A DNA stretch of 64,000 nt from Adineta vaga (Eukaryota; Animalia; Rotifera): assembly GCA_021613535.1 (NCBI GenBank), contig CP075494.1:14384001-14448000 (forward strand). The letters run 5' to 3'. Positions within the stretch are counted from its first letter, which is position 1. Each line of letters starts with the position of its first letter. Under the pieces are notes generated by a model. It was not told where the DNA came from, made no database searches, and saw only the letters and a list, made by a program, of their open reading frames with translations. Of this stretch, positions 36,101 through 50,400 are shown one piece after another. Made by a program: the position numbers and the translations under genes.

Positions 36101-39100
36101 AACTTCGTCATTATTTCTTCTTCTATTTAGTTTCAACGTAAGAAAACATTATGTAAAAATGTTCTCTACTGTCCATGGACTGGTATTCCGTGTCTTAATC
36201 TCGTCCGGTAAGTTACTCTCTAATCTTTTCATAAGAATAACCTTCTCTCTTGTATTCATAAAGAACATCGACGGATGAAGAATCTTATTCATCGAATACG
36301 GAATTGATTAGATATGTTGAAGATTATTTCTGGCCACAGATGCAATCATGTACAGTTCGATTGACTTATACACTACGTGATATAGGACGAGAACATAAAC
36401 CAATTGAACGACAATGGATAACAAGTGTAAGATTTTCTTGTCTTGTATTCTAAAGATTAATTCATTTGAATTGTTTTAGTTAAATCTCTTCAATAATAAT
36501 TATTTTCGCAATGCTTTTATAAAAAGTTTGAATTGAATTCATTTTTTTCTCGAATGAATTTGAAAAAATTGATTCTCTTTTTTTTCCAGCTCCGTACAAT
36601 TCATTGATTACATTTACACATATTTCAACAAAACCTTATTCAAAAATCGTTGATTTTATTCTCAATGAACTTCGCAATGCTTTTGAATTGACGTATTTAT
36701 TTGAAAATTATTCTTTAGCTTTATTAGGTAACTTAACATTCGTTTCTCTTTCTGATTTATATTCATTTTATTTGTTCTTTTAGAATCAGTTGATCTTCAT
36801 ACAATATCAAAAATGGTTTTATTCAATTTTTTTAAATGTATATTTCATTATGGACCTGATTTTGCTTTTTCTGTTCGTAGAAAAATCAAATTGATATTAA
36901 TGATTTGAAAAGAATTTGTTTTATTCTCTAGGTGACATTAACATATAATAGTAATAAAACTCAACAAGAATCAGAGAAAACATTTGATCTACTCTTTTCA
37001 ACAATCAAACCAACATTTTTACCAACATTTCATCATATTTTACATCGAAAATTAATGTTATTTTTAACTCAAACACAATCAGTAAAACAATTCATACGAG
37101 TAAATTTCATTTAAATTGATCATCGTCATTCGTCTTCTTCCTTTTTCTTCAGTTATTACATATGACAGCAATACCGATATCTTCAATTGCTCGATTAAAT
37201 TGTTTCAATCGACCCATAGTTTTTACTAATCAAGTATTTGATTTGAAAAACAAATCGATTGATTTCTATTCGACATTGTTGTAGGGTGGTTGTGCACAAT
37301 CCCTTCTCACACTTGTTCCGTATACTGAATCTCGTTGGCGTTTAAATTTTGGTCAAATTTTTACACTTGATATTCAAATTTGTGGTCCAAATCTCATTCT
37401 TGTTCGCGATGGTTCATTTAGTGTACAAATAAATAATTCTATACCTGATCTTTCTCCAATTCCACGATTAAAAGTAAGATTTTTACCTATGAAAAACAGT
37501 CGAAACTAAGAATCAATTGATGTAACTAGGAATTTTTATCAGCATTTGCTGATGATCATGGTTTAACATTGGAATTTGCTGATATCACTGATGGTTTTCA
37601 TGAAAAAGATTTTGTTTTACCAGATATGCAAATATCTCTTCCACCATCAAGTTCAACAAATAATAATAGTCATGATTCAACATATAATTCACTTATGGAT
37701 ACAACAACACAGCCACCTGTATTTTCACCAATTGATATTTATGGTAAGATTGTATAGAAAGATATTTAATAAAAATGCTTGTTTTTTAGATGTGATATTT
37801 CGAGATTCATTACCTGTTACTTCTTCAACGACGCCATCGAACAATCGAAGGGATAATAATGGTTCGTTTGTTATATTTCATTGAATGTCACGAAAATTTT
37901 ATCGATTTAGGTAATCAACAATCATCCGTTTCATATAATTACAATTATGAATTATTAACTAAACCAAATTATCCAGTATATATGAGTCAACAAACATTTT
38001 TTCGTATGCTTTATACACCTGATGGTCGTCATTGGTCAAGATTAGAATCCTTTCTTGCATCATCGATTCTTATTCGACAATTTGCTAAAGGTGTTACTGA
38101 ACCTTTCGATGCAAATAACATAACTGTAAAAAAAGAATCATGTTTATCTTATGTTCTAATCGATCATCTTTCATTTAGATTCGATCTCTATCAAATGAAC
38201 AAGATACCTATCGAATTGAACATTTATCCCTTCAAATTTCGTTTCTATTCGATAGTTCAACAACTGTTTATCGTATTCATTTCATTTCTCTATTTGATTC
38301 ATCATTATCAACGCAACAACAATCGAATGTATTCTGGTCACCCGATGAACTTAAATCAATCGAAAGATTTTTCAATGAAACTTTCTTTCCAATCTCACCC
38401 TATACAAATTTAACAACACCATCAATTGATATTCTATCTTTACAAGCATCACAGAATTTAAGTACAGCAATGGGTTCATTTCAACGAATGCTTTCATTAA
38501 TTCAACCACGTATATTAAAAGATCTAGTGAAAATAATTGGACTTGAACAAGTATATCTTAATCATTTGACAAAAAAAAAAACAAACGAAAATTTGTATCA
38601 TGAATTTTAGCATCCTGAAAGTCATCATATATGGCGTTCACGTTGGTGTTTAACAATTCCGCAAGGTTGTGGTTTTTCACAAGTTGGTCAACCTGGCATT
38701 TACTATCATTCTAGTCGATCGTCGTTTCTTTTTATTGTAAAAACTTATTAGTACGATAAAATTTCATTACTTTTTTTAAAATTTTTCTAGTTTCAATTTA
38801 CGTATCGTCTCAATCAAAATGATACTTCACTCATTAGTAATCAACAGACATCCACATTTGTTGTTCCCTTATTACATGACACTATCAATAATCAAACAAC
38901 TCTATGGGATGGTTCAAGTAAACATCCAACTGTCGGACATGAGCTTAAATATCAAACAATAACAAAACTTTTGACTGCATTAAAAGAAACACTCGATAAA
39001 AGTAACTTTCTTTCTATCAGCTTTTCATTTTGTAAATTTTCTATTTTAGATGAATGTTCATTATATCCAACAATGCTTGAATTAATAACTCGTTTGCAAG

Positions 39101-39129
39101 TTCCATCAACATCGAATAATTCTTCTTGA
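33141..39129 (+). CDS. MED14: Mediator subunit 14, multi-exon
   Basis: N-terminus IRLSHLLEAAVQKTYHELYTMADVLHSKSTLERKIELIKFACRARQLFIRILAIVKW, then RVPNFPVTDAIDALT.G, LTVDGEFEV.L, later LDIQI.GP..ILVRDG and WCLTIP. Stop at 39127-39129. Confidence 0.9.
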
Positions 39130-39335
39130 TAATCATTCTTCTTCTTCTTTTTTCCTCTAATAATAACTATGATATTTCATGTGAGATGTTTTCATCGATA
39201 TAAATAACACAAAAAAAAACACGATGTTAAATAAAATTTTCCGTCGTTGAATGTTTCATTTGTCTTTTATACAGAGATGATTTCTAATATACATATTCCT
39301 TACTAACAAAAGTTTAGTTTGTTTTTCTTCTATAT

Positions 39336-41505
39336 ATGATTTTTATTTTAACACGATTACGTGTAAATCAAATCTTGATACGAACATCAATTCTTACTCG
39401 TAGATTATCTTCCGTCGAAATCGACGACGATTATTCACTATCAACAATTATGACAGATACGGTTCAAATTAAAGAAGGCAAAGCAAATATTCGTTTACCA
39501 GAAGGTGCAGTTTTTTATAATCCAGCTCAAGTCTTCAATCGAGATTTGAGTATTGCTTGTCTTCGTGTGGTATCGAAAACTCATTATGAAAATGAATGTA
39601 AGAAAATTCGAAAGAATGATCCAAATGCTAGTTGTATTCCATTTGAGCAATTATCTCCGGGTGTAAGACAAGAGAATGGCTTGAAAATTGCTGAAGCTTT
39701 ATCAGCAACGGGTCTTCGATCGATTCGATATGCAAAAGAAATTCCAGGTACGAAGCTGAATTAACTGATTAAATGAATTACATTTCGTACGTTAAGGTAT
39801 TGATACAATTTATGCAAATGATATCGATGCTGGAGCTGTTGAAGCAATAAAACATAATGTTGAAACAAATGATGTAAAAAATCTTGTACAAGCAAGTCAC
39901 GATGATGCTATGAATTTATTATATAGTCATCGAAAGAATGATGATCAATTTCATGTAGTGGATTTAGATCCATACGGTACACCAGGACAATTTCTTGGTA
40001 AATAGGTGTTTTGTATCAGTGAATATAAACTTATCTTGTTTTTATCATACAGATGGAGCCGTACAATGTGTTAAAAAGAATGGTGTTTTGTGTATCACTG
40101 GTAAGTGAATAGATTCGTTCGGAAAATGTTCTATTTTCGTGTATTTATTTAGCAACTGATATGGCATCATTATGTGGAAATAATCCTCATAGGTAAGTCT
40201 TACTTTGCAGAACAAAGGATTGGAATGAATTTGTTTTTTTTATGAAAAGTTGTTATTCAAAGTACGGATCGATCCCATTACATCAACCATTCTGCCATGA
40301 ATTTGCTTTGCGTATGATCCTTTATTCATTACATTTGCAAGCTGCTCGTTATGATCGAATTATTGAACCATTATTATGTATGTCAATTGATTTTTATGTT
40401 CGTCTTTTCGTACGTATTAGTTATGGATCTGCTAAAGCTCAAAGTCAATTAGGTTTGAAATCATTTTCATTATACAACTTCTATTCGAACGCATATAATA
40501 CTTTAGGTGATATTGCAACAGTATATAATTGTACTTATTGTACATCATTTTTCTTTCAACCATATGGACAAGCATCTCTCGATGAACGAGGTAATGCAAA
40601 GTTTAAATATGCACATGGACCATCTGTAGGTACCACTTGTTCACATTGTGGATCGAAGTAAGTTCATTATGATTGTGAAACATCTATTTTGTATATCAAA
40701 ATTTAAGTATGCGAGTTGGTGGACCTATTTGGCTTGGACCATTATTTGATCATTCTTTTGTAACTGAACTCATAACATCTATAGAACAAGCACCCGATGA
40801 TAGGTGATGTAATAAATGGAGAAATGCTTGATCTATTGGAGAACTGATTTTAATCTACTTTCAGTTATGCATATCGTGATCGTATGTTAAGTATGTTATA
40901 TGTTGTTAAAGAAGAATTACCTAATCCATTATATTTTGATAATGCAAAACTTGCTCGAATAATGCTTACACAAATGCCACAAAATAAAGTTCTTCGGTAA
41001 GAATTTTCATTCTTTGAAAGTTATTGTTCAATGTTCTTTTAGATCAGCGATCTTGAATGCTGGCTATCATGTATCATCTACTCATGCGCGTCAAGATGCA
41101 ATCAAAACAGATGCACCACATGAAGTTATTTGGGATATAATGCGAGCATTTGGTCAACAGTCTCCGACGAAACGTGCCTTAGTTGAAAGATTGAATACAG
41201 ATTCACCTTACTATCGTATGTTTACCAAACCATCGACGATTCAAGTCGATTTTACTGAACATCCCGATTGGGAATCCGAAGCGAGGAAAAATAAACTAAT
41301 TCGTTTCATGGGTAATCCACATGCAAGATGGGGTCCATTGGGCAAAGCAGTAACGAAGAAAAAACGATCAAGTGATGAAATAGATTCAGGAAAAGACAAA
41401 AAACAAGTGAGAAATCTTTTAAATACGCAATCTATTGTATTTATTGTGTTCTTTTAGATAAAATCTGATGAAGGTGATGATTCATCACCGGAAGAAACTT
41501 TGTGA
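39336..41505 (+). CDS. TRM1: tRNA (guanine-N2,N2)-dimethyltransferase, multi-exon
   Basis: VFYNPAQVFNRDLSI, EALSATGLRSIRYAKE, VDLDPYG, CHEFALR, SIDFYVRLFVR, C..C...C.HCG, GGPIW.GP, RSAILNAGYHVS.TH, IKTDAP, WGP motifs. Confidence 0.95.
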
Positions 41506-42087
41506 TAATTTCTCTGTTTATGTGTAAAAGCTACTAAGAAAAATAAATCCGTTAAATAAAATCAGATCATATACTATATAACTGTGATGGAATAAATTCT
41601 AAAATATGAAATTTAGTAGAAGATATGCAAAGAATTCTTTCAATGATTAAGCAATCGATCATATCGATATACACAATAAGTTTTCTTCTTATTAAAACAA
41701 GAAAATGATATATTTTTCTCTGAAGAAAAGAAAACAGCTGTTTGAAACTTGATGATGAGTCAATTAATGTCATCCTATTGGTTTTTAAACGTAAAAGAAT
41801 TGACCAGTGAGAATATTATCGATTAAATATAGTTTAATTGATATATTTTAATTAAAAATTTTCATACAAGTCTATATAATTATGTAGAAACATAATTTAC
41901 GATAGAGAAAAGTTTTCACTACAAAAAATCTATTTGAATCCTCCTCATTTGCACCAATCCATCAAATACACTAATGTCCGACCAATCAGATGTTTTGGAT
42001 AAATCGTGTGTCACGACCCTGTTCAAAATTGCGAAATTGGTGCTTTTCGAAAAAAAACAGATATCAGATTCATCGTTTTGAAAAAAA

Positions 42088-43333
42088 ATGAGGTAGAAAA
42101 TTGCATTAAAAAGTTTTATTTAATTAATTTTCTTTCCAAATTATCTTTGAATATTAGTTCGCTCCGAGTACAAAAGCGGCTCGCTTCAACCATCTTACGA
42201 TGTGGTAACAAAAAAATCTGGCTTGATCCCAACGAAGCCAACGAAATTTCTAATGCCAACACTCGTAAGTTTGTGTGTGTTTAGTTTGTATTCAATTTAA
42301 ACTTTTGGCCCTTTCACAATCATCGATTTTTGATGTAATAAATTCTATTACGTAAATAACATCAATCGATACACAGGAAGGGAAGATTGTAAATTATCAA
42401 ATTTATTTGTCTCTTTTTGTTATTGATTTTTGTATTTAATCAGTAATTGGCAAAGATTTGAACAAGAATGATAGTTGAGATTGACTTTTTTAACTTAATT
42501 TCATTTCTATTCAGGTCAAAGTGTACGTAAATTGATTAAAGATGGTTTAATTATCAAAAAACCAGTGGCAGTACACTCACGTTTCCGTACACGTAAAAAT
42601 AATGAAGCTCGTCGTAAAGGTCGACACATGGGTCATGGTAAACGAAAGGGTACGGCCAATGCACGTATGCCAACCAAGGTCTGTTGAAAATCTTTGTTGT
42701 TTGTCTGTTTCCATTGATTATTTTCTTTTAAATTCAGATTCTTTGGATCCGTCGTATGCGTGTTTTACGTCGTTTATTGAAAAAATATCGTGCTGCAAAG
42801 AAAATCGATCGTCATTTGTAAGGAAATTTTTTTCCAATAGAAGAATAACATCGATTGAATCCATTTTGGGTTTTTATCCCTCTAGATACCATGAACTCTA
42901 TTTGAAATGCAAAGGTAACGTTTTCAAAAACAAACGTGTATTGATGGAATTTATCCACAAGAAGAAAGCTGAAGTTCAACGTACGAAAATGCTTTCCGAT
43001 CAAGCTGTTGCTCGTCGTGAACGTACAAAGGAAAAACGTACCCGACGTGAACAACGTATTCTTCAAAAACGTACTGAACTTTTGGGTAAAAATCAAGATG
43101 ATGATGATACAAATGTAGCTGTTCAACAAGCTCTCGAACAACAAGCTCAAACAGCTGCTGTTGCACCAGCATCTCAAGCTCAACCAAAAGCATCAAAAAC
43201 AGGTGCTAAACAAGAAAAGAAAGAACAACAACAACAACCAACTGCTAAAACTCAACAACCGGTTAAACAACAACAACCAACTCAACAACAAACACAACCG
43301 GCCAAACAACAAACCCAACCAAAGAAAAAATAA
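42088..43333 (+). CDS. RPL19: 60S ribosomal protein L19 (eL19) with a Q/A/K/P-rich C-terminal extension; 5 exons
   Basis: ATG AG|..|T gives [28 protein letters not shown]; then [62 protein letters not shown]. Confidence 0.96.
42309..42467 (+). ncRNA. Candidate intronic box H/ACA snoRNA in RPL19 intron 2
   Basis: This intron (42265-42514) is ~250 bp versus ~55 bp typical. Hairpin 1 CCCTTTC/GGAAGGG with upper stem ATCGAT..TGATGT/ACATCA.ATCGAT; hinge with AAATTA (ANANNA, 42391-42396); hairpin 2 TCAAATT/GATTTGA with upper stem TTATTGATT/AATCAGTAA; ACA at 42462-42464, 15 nt from the upper stem. Confidence 0.6.
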
Positions 43334-43683
43334 AGATATCTTTGAATAGAAAAGACGAGTATTGGACATAATTAAAACATTCAATATGTCTTTTAATCTC
43401 GCTTTTTTTTCATCATTAACGATAAAACATTTTTCTTTGCCGTTTTTTTTGTTATCATCAATAAATAAAAACAAGCAGCCGCATATATACAATAAGAATT
43501 AGAAACAAACGACTATTTTATCTTTTGAAATACACAATTAAAATCAATTCTCTTACTATGAAACTTACTTGCATAGAAAAAAAATCCAGGTTTATCTTAT
43601 CAATCAAGCATTCAATTGATAAAATGAATTCGCGAACAATATAAAAATGATGAAACATTTTCGTTTTTTTCTATTATTCAATA

Positions 43684-44345
43684 ATGAAGCCGATCTACAT
43701 AGTCTTAGCACTTGTTTCATTCTGTATGATCTGTACAGAAGGTTTTCTTCTATCCAAAGGAAATGGTACATCAACGAAAACAAAAGCACCAAAGAAGGGT
43801 AAGTCTATCATCAGTTTATTCGTATAATTTTCCTTGTTTATGTAGAAAAATGTATGATTGTTAAGGGTAAAGGAAAAAATTTCATAGGTGATATTATTCA
43901 TATTCATAAAGAATTCGCACCAACATTGAAAAAGATTGATAATATTGCTAAACAATGTCATATTAAATTAGCAATAAAAGGTTCCTATGAACAAGTACCA
44001 GATCTATCAAAATCATTGAAATTAACGACAGCCAATGTTGGTAAACGTTTGAAATTTGTTATTATGGATGAAACTGGAAAGAAACTACTTTGTAATAACA
44101 TTTGTCTTGCTAGTAAGTGTTATGATCGCCTCTAAAAATAAATGATTCAATGTTATTTTCATCTTGTAGAAGAAGGTGAAAAAGTGCCTCAAGTTAAATG
44201 TTTAGCGACGAATTTACGTCGAGAAAATTTACGTTTTGAACCTCATAATGAAGTGGGTACACTTGATGATGCGTCTGATGCAAAACCTGGTTTTGCTGAT
44301 TTCGCTCGACGAACACAAGAAGCATGCAAAGGTGTTAAACTTTAA
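43684..44345 (+). CDS. Secreted Cys-containing protein, peptidase M15 / Hedgehog-N-like fold candidate, probably non-catalytic (exons 43684-43798, 43846-44112, 44170-44345)
   Basis: Signal peptide; HKEF...L..I...A..C..KL.I..S, CNNICL, P.VKC, LRF, LDD pattern. Both introns are GT-AG and keep the frame. Confidence 0.6.
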
Positions 44346-45517
44346 TTTAGATGATTGATTTAATAGAATTTCTGTAATGAATTAAATAAAATCTATCGAA
44401 AGAATCATGATGATGTCTATTTCATTTATACATGAGATACTTTAATCCCAACATCGAACTTCGAATAGTATTATTACGATGAAATCCAGTTCGATTACTG
44501 AACAGCTTCGATCAGTTAGCAATGATTTCTTGATTATATTTATGCAATGATATAATATGACTAGGAGCAATAAGAACAAATGGCGTTATTTTCCTTTCAG
44601 TCATTGAATAAAAAAGCATTGTTATCTCATTCTTTTTATCATTTGATAGTTTTTGCCCATTCTTTTCCCATTCTAACAACCACGAAACATGTACATTACT
44701 TTTTTTCAATAACAAAAATCTACATACTTAGGTAAAGAAGAAATCTATTCGGTTCTTTGTGCACCCTAACAAAAAGACAAGGACTATGCATACCAGCATC
44801 ACTCTTTTTCATTTATCCTATGATAATAAATAAATATGGACGATTATCTTTTAGAATAACAATGTGTATTCTTGCTTGTATAAGAATCATTTTTTTTTTG
44901 TAATGACGTAAGTAGACCGATACAAAGTCTATCTAGACTGTGCCCTCCTGTACATGCGATAATATTTCGTTGAAATATCATCGGAAGAAGGGAAACTATC
45001 ATAAATTGTTATGAATTCAATGCAGAAAGAAAAACAAGAACGAGAGTCATCGAACCGTAACGTATAATATCTGTTTTTCTTCTTTATATCGAACGATTGA
45101 ATACACACATGGTTTAATTGACTATTCAGGTATTGTAAATACATATATGCGCAGTAAAATTACAGATAATGAAAGCGAAAAATAAAAATCATAGATCAAA
45201 TCGGTAAATGCTATTTTGAGTGATTACTTTTTATATCTAATTTGCATATGTTATGTATAATGTCTAAGGTTTTTGATGACGTATATTCATATGTTTTTTT
45301 TTATCAAATATGATAAACCATGTGATGATACTATTTTATTGTTTTTTCAAAAGAATTTTTCCGATTCTAGTAGTCTTTCTATACGATCATTTTTTTAAAA
45401 TATTTATTCTTTCATGAGTCAAAATAGAATGCACAAATATAAAGTCAAAATCTATTCGTTTTTTTCTACATTCAGATTATTTCTCTAGTCGTAGTTTACT
45501 GACAAGTATCCTTCAAT

Positions 45518-47127
45518 ATGAATCACTATGAACAATTAATAAATATTCAACCACGTTTATGTATCTTACATAAATGGGCACACTTTGATGGTACAAATTG
45601 TGAAGATTTTCTCGTTATTAAAGTAAAGTTCTTTTGAATATTTTAGGTTATGGAATTCATTTAAGTTGCAATAAACATTCGCTTGGTTTACGTATTGATG
45701 ATATTGAATTGAATAGTCCAGCTGAAAATGGTGGTCTTCTTCGTGGAGATATTGTTCTTGCTGTAAATGGTCATTTTATTGCAAATGATGATTTTTTTGC
45801 TATACTTCTATGTATTGAATTTGCATTGGAACAAGATTCAATACGATTTTTAGTCTTGGATGCAAATAGTGCAGATTTAGCTCAACGTTATCAAATCAAT
45901 ATCGATGAAAATCATGAGAATTGTATGCGAATAGAAACATCTCAAGTTATTGGTACATTCAAGGAATATCCTACTGATCAATGGTCAAGAAATAATCAAA
46001 TAATACCTGAGAATTCGTCAATTACAGGTAATTGAAACGGTACGAATGAAAATTCAATATTTTCCTTCTGATTAGATTCTTCAAATAATGTCAAATCTGA
46101 ATTACGCATGTGTTCAGTTATTCTTCGTTCAACTATTGATACCATTGGTATTTCGATAGAACCAGATAGAGATTTCGGTCATATTATAACTTATGTTCAA
46201 CCTGATTCTCCAGCAGCTCTTGCCGGTCTTGAATGTGATCATCATATTATCTCTCTTAATCACATATCATTAATTCATTTACCTTTCGAAGATGTTCTAT
46301 ATCATCTAAAGAAAAGTCGTCATGAAACTAAACTTGATTTTCTTGTTGCAAAGAAATCTTACTTATTTCAAGTATTACAAACTCATTCATCATCAGTAAA
46401 TACGGAAGGTGAAACAGTTCCATCAGTGAATAGGCTTGCACGAACGAAATCAGCTGCTCTACCAACAATGCAAACATCTGAACAAATTCTTCGGCAACCG
46501 AATGTTGATAATCAACAACGAGAAACAATATCATCATTAAGTGACGAACAATATGATCGACTTTCATTACAAATCTATAGTAATCGATATTCAGCAAAAC
46601 ATAAGAAAAAACAAGGAAAAGTTTTCGATGGTATCGGACCAGCTACAGATCTTCGTATTTCGTGGAGTTTAAAAAGTGAAAAAACAGTTGATTATTCATC
46701 AGTACATTCGGATTTATATAGACGAAGATCAGGTGTTAATGAAGCAAAGAAAGGTGAGAATGCAATGAAAGTTTCGTTCAATTTGTTACAAGTTGGAATG
46801 ACAAATCCATCACCAAAGCAACAAACACGTCGAATTTTAGCTCGTGAGCCAAGTCAAAACTCTTGCGATAATGAAAAACATTCAACTCAATCACCATCAT
46901 TTCTCAAACGACTTCGAAATTCACCAAAAATTTTACCAAGTCCAAGTTCATCATTAAAAAAGAATAGTTTAGTTCATACACCTTCACCATCAATGAAACT
47001 TAAACAAACAATTTCCAATATTCGAAAAGCTATATCTATAGTACCATTACCCATAGAGCGTAATGAAGAACAAGGTTTGTTGATTACTGATTCTCTTTTT
47101 CAAGATTTTCTCTATATTATAGGATGA
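45518..47127 (+). CDS. NHERF/PDZK1-like protein, two PDZ domains (may be the 5' part of one large multi-PDZ gene)
   Basis: PRLCILHKWAHFDG|YGIHL...SPAENGGLLRGDIVLAVNG and LRMCSV...IGISI...PDSPAALAGL; stop at 47125-47127. Confidence 0.8.
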
Positions 47128-47422
47128 GAAAGTATGACGCTCATTGCTCGCTTAAAATTGAATAGAATATTACTAACTTTAGAGTTACTCACACTACCCT
47201 AACTAACAAAACAGATTTTGTACTTAGAATTGTTCTGGCAGTATCACAAGGAGAATGAGAAAAAAAAGAATAATTTTAATCGTATACATTTAATTATTTC
47301 AGATTATTCTCACTATTCTCAATTTAAACTCTATCTGAGTAAGTTATTATCTCTGTTTAATGATTACAGATATACACTCTTGAACTAAATGACTGCTACG
47401 AGCTTTGAGTAGATAGAAAAAT

Positions 47423-50400
47423 ATGAGTATCATACAGGAATCAATCAGTAATACTGAAGCTGAACTTGTCGAAGATGATGATTATCTATCGATTGCATCA
47501 GAATCATCTTCGGCAACAAATGGAAAAACTTTGAAAAAAGTCTACGATGAATTTGAAACGAACAAAAGCGAAAGATTAGATGATGGTAAAAATAATGAAA
47601 AAGAATTCATTACACCATCGAGCTCGGATGATGATCTACAAACGACCAATGCAGAACAATACAATTTCCAATCACAAGCAAATGACTCATCTGCTTCTAG
47701 AACATTATACATTTCAAATGAACTTGAATTGCAAGAATCTAACTCAAATACAGAAGAAAACCATCCTATATCTTCTGAATATGATCAATCGATTGAGAAT
47801 GTACCTCATTCACGTTCAAGTATTAAACAACGAATTAAAAATCAGTCTACACCAAAATCATCCGTAGACATTTTACACGGTGAGGCGTACAGCTCGAATA
47901 TATTTATATAATCAATCAATGAATCACCTAACAAATAACTGCTTAATTCATCTTGTATTGCTCGACATAATCTCTTCTATGATATCTTTTTAGGTACAAC
48001 ACCGATTTCACAATTACCTGATCATGGTTATGAATTGCATCATATAAAATTAATTCAACCAACTGAAACAGTTCCACTTGGTTTTAAATTAAGTAAACAA
48101 ACCGATTCTTTACAATGTGTTATATCAGGTATTGATCAACAATCGCAAGCTGATCTTGCTGGTGTTCAAGTTGATGATTGGTTAATTGGAATTGAAGATA
48201 AAGATATACGTTCAACAGAATTTTCCGATGTTTCACAATATATTCATCAGAAATTAAATAGTAATGGTTCAATTCATATACTTATCGCACGAAAGAAATC
48301 TCTAGCACCGTCATCAGTGACTACAGACGATCAACGACTATCTAGTATAACAACGTATGATAGACCAAAGGAAACAGATATTCTCTTATCTGTTGGTTTA
48401 TCCAACAAAATCGAAGAGAAACTTGTCAATCAACATGAAAATGAGACATTTAATACATCCGATGAAACAGTTCGTCATATAATTCTAAAAGATGCATTAG
48501 GATTAGATTTTCATTCGTTTGCACCTGATGAAAATAGTCTTTTTAAAATTCATGCTATCAGTAATGTTCGACCATTATCATTAGCTGATCGAGCTGGTTT
48601 ACGTAATGGTGATCGAATATTAACTGTTAATGGTATTGATGTTACAAATACCAATCATAAAACTGTTCGACATCGTCTATTAAAGAAATCGCCTGTACAT
48701 CTAACAGTGGTGAATGATCCAAATTATTTTGAACTGATTGAAACGGTTAAAAATAAGCAAAATCGAATATCATTATCGAGACAAACATCAACATGTGAAG
48801 CAATTGAAGAAAAATCACCTAGTCTTATTTCCGAAGATTTAATTAATGTTCTCTTTATTGATGATCAAGGTCCAGTTTACTTTAAACATTGTGTCGTAGA
48901 AAAAGAAGCAACTCAACAAACATTAGGTTTTGCTTTACATCACGTCGATAATCTTCATATTATAAGTGATGCCGATAAGCACATGTCTGCTTACAAATGT
49001 GGTGTACGTAATGATGATGTTATACTTTATATAAATAAAGAAAATGTTGAACAAATGACTCATGATGATGTTAAAATTCTTATTCGAATGTTTACTATTT
49101 CCAATGAAATATTTCATTTAATATTATTACAGAAAAATGATGTCAAACGATATAGAGATTATCAAGAAAAGAGTTTTATTGATTGGACAAATATTCTTGG
49201 TGATATATATGAAGACAATCTTGAACAACAACGTCCATACGCAAATATTCAAACAAATCCATTATCGACATCGTCTTCTCTTCCATCTGGTACTCGTATT
49301 TGTATCTTAAAACCATCGATCGGTCAACCAGCGGGTTTTTCAATTAGTGGTGAAGATAAACCACCATTTATCATTTCAAGAATGGATAAAGATTCTCCTG
49401 CTGAACGTGCTGGTTTACAAATCAATGATATTTTATTATCGATCAATGGTAAATCACTTATTCAAGTATCTTACGATGATACAATTCAAATAATAAAAGA
49501 AGCACTCCAACAACCTATCATTCAAATTCTTGTTAGTCAATCGGTACGATCAAAAACTCCTGAAAGTAGTCATTCATCAAGTGAAGAAAGTGAAGACGTA
49601 AGTCCGCCTAGTGCGGACAGTAAAGCAGGACAAGTCCATTATCGTAATACCAATCCTTTGCAAATATATCAAAGTATGTTAATCTTCTGAGACATAAAAA
49701 TATCTTTCGTTTAAAATGAACTTTTTCTTTATATTTATCTTTTCTCTTATTATTTTATTCTATTGTATTAAGATGAGTGAATCTCTTCTTTTGTTTAAAT
49801 ATTCTAAATTGTTCTTTCAATCTGTCATTATTTCACTGAATGAGTCGAGGATTAGTCAACAACATATCTATTGTATACATTTCTTTCACAAGTTAGAAGA
49901 AAAAAAAAGTAACAACTTCATTTCAGCTTTTATATCTAGTAAAGAAAGACTATGGTCTATATTCGAGGCGAGTTTTAGTCTATTGATTATTTTCTTTCAA
50001 CTTTTCTTTATTCTTTTAGCACAACGAATTCGGGAATTGGCATATACATTACGTCTTTGTCATTTAAATGCAACAAATTTGGATGGTACACCTGCATCAA
50101 CATTTGGTTTCGATATAACGAAAGAATCTAAATATGAATATCCAGTTATATCACGTATTGAAGCTCGATCATCAGGTGAACGTAGTGGTTTACAATCACG
50201 TGATTTATTATTAAAAGTCAATGGTCGTAAAACAAAAGGTGTAGATATTGATAAAGTTAGACGAATCATAGAGAAAGCTAAAAGTGACAATAGATTAGAA
50301 GTGCTTGTTGTTGACGAAGAAGTTTATCGATATTGTACGTCAACGCATCGAAAATTCAAAGAACCTTATATTAAAGTGAAACATATCTTTCCCAAAAATC

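Noticed and set aside
42812-43492. Antisense hydrophobic ORFs over RPL19, and similar shadow ORFs elsewhere
   Set aside because: Artefacts of low-complexity or biased codon usage on the true coding strand.
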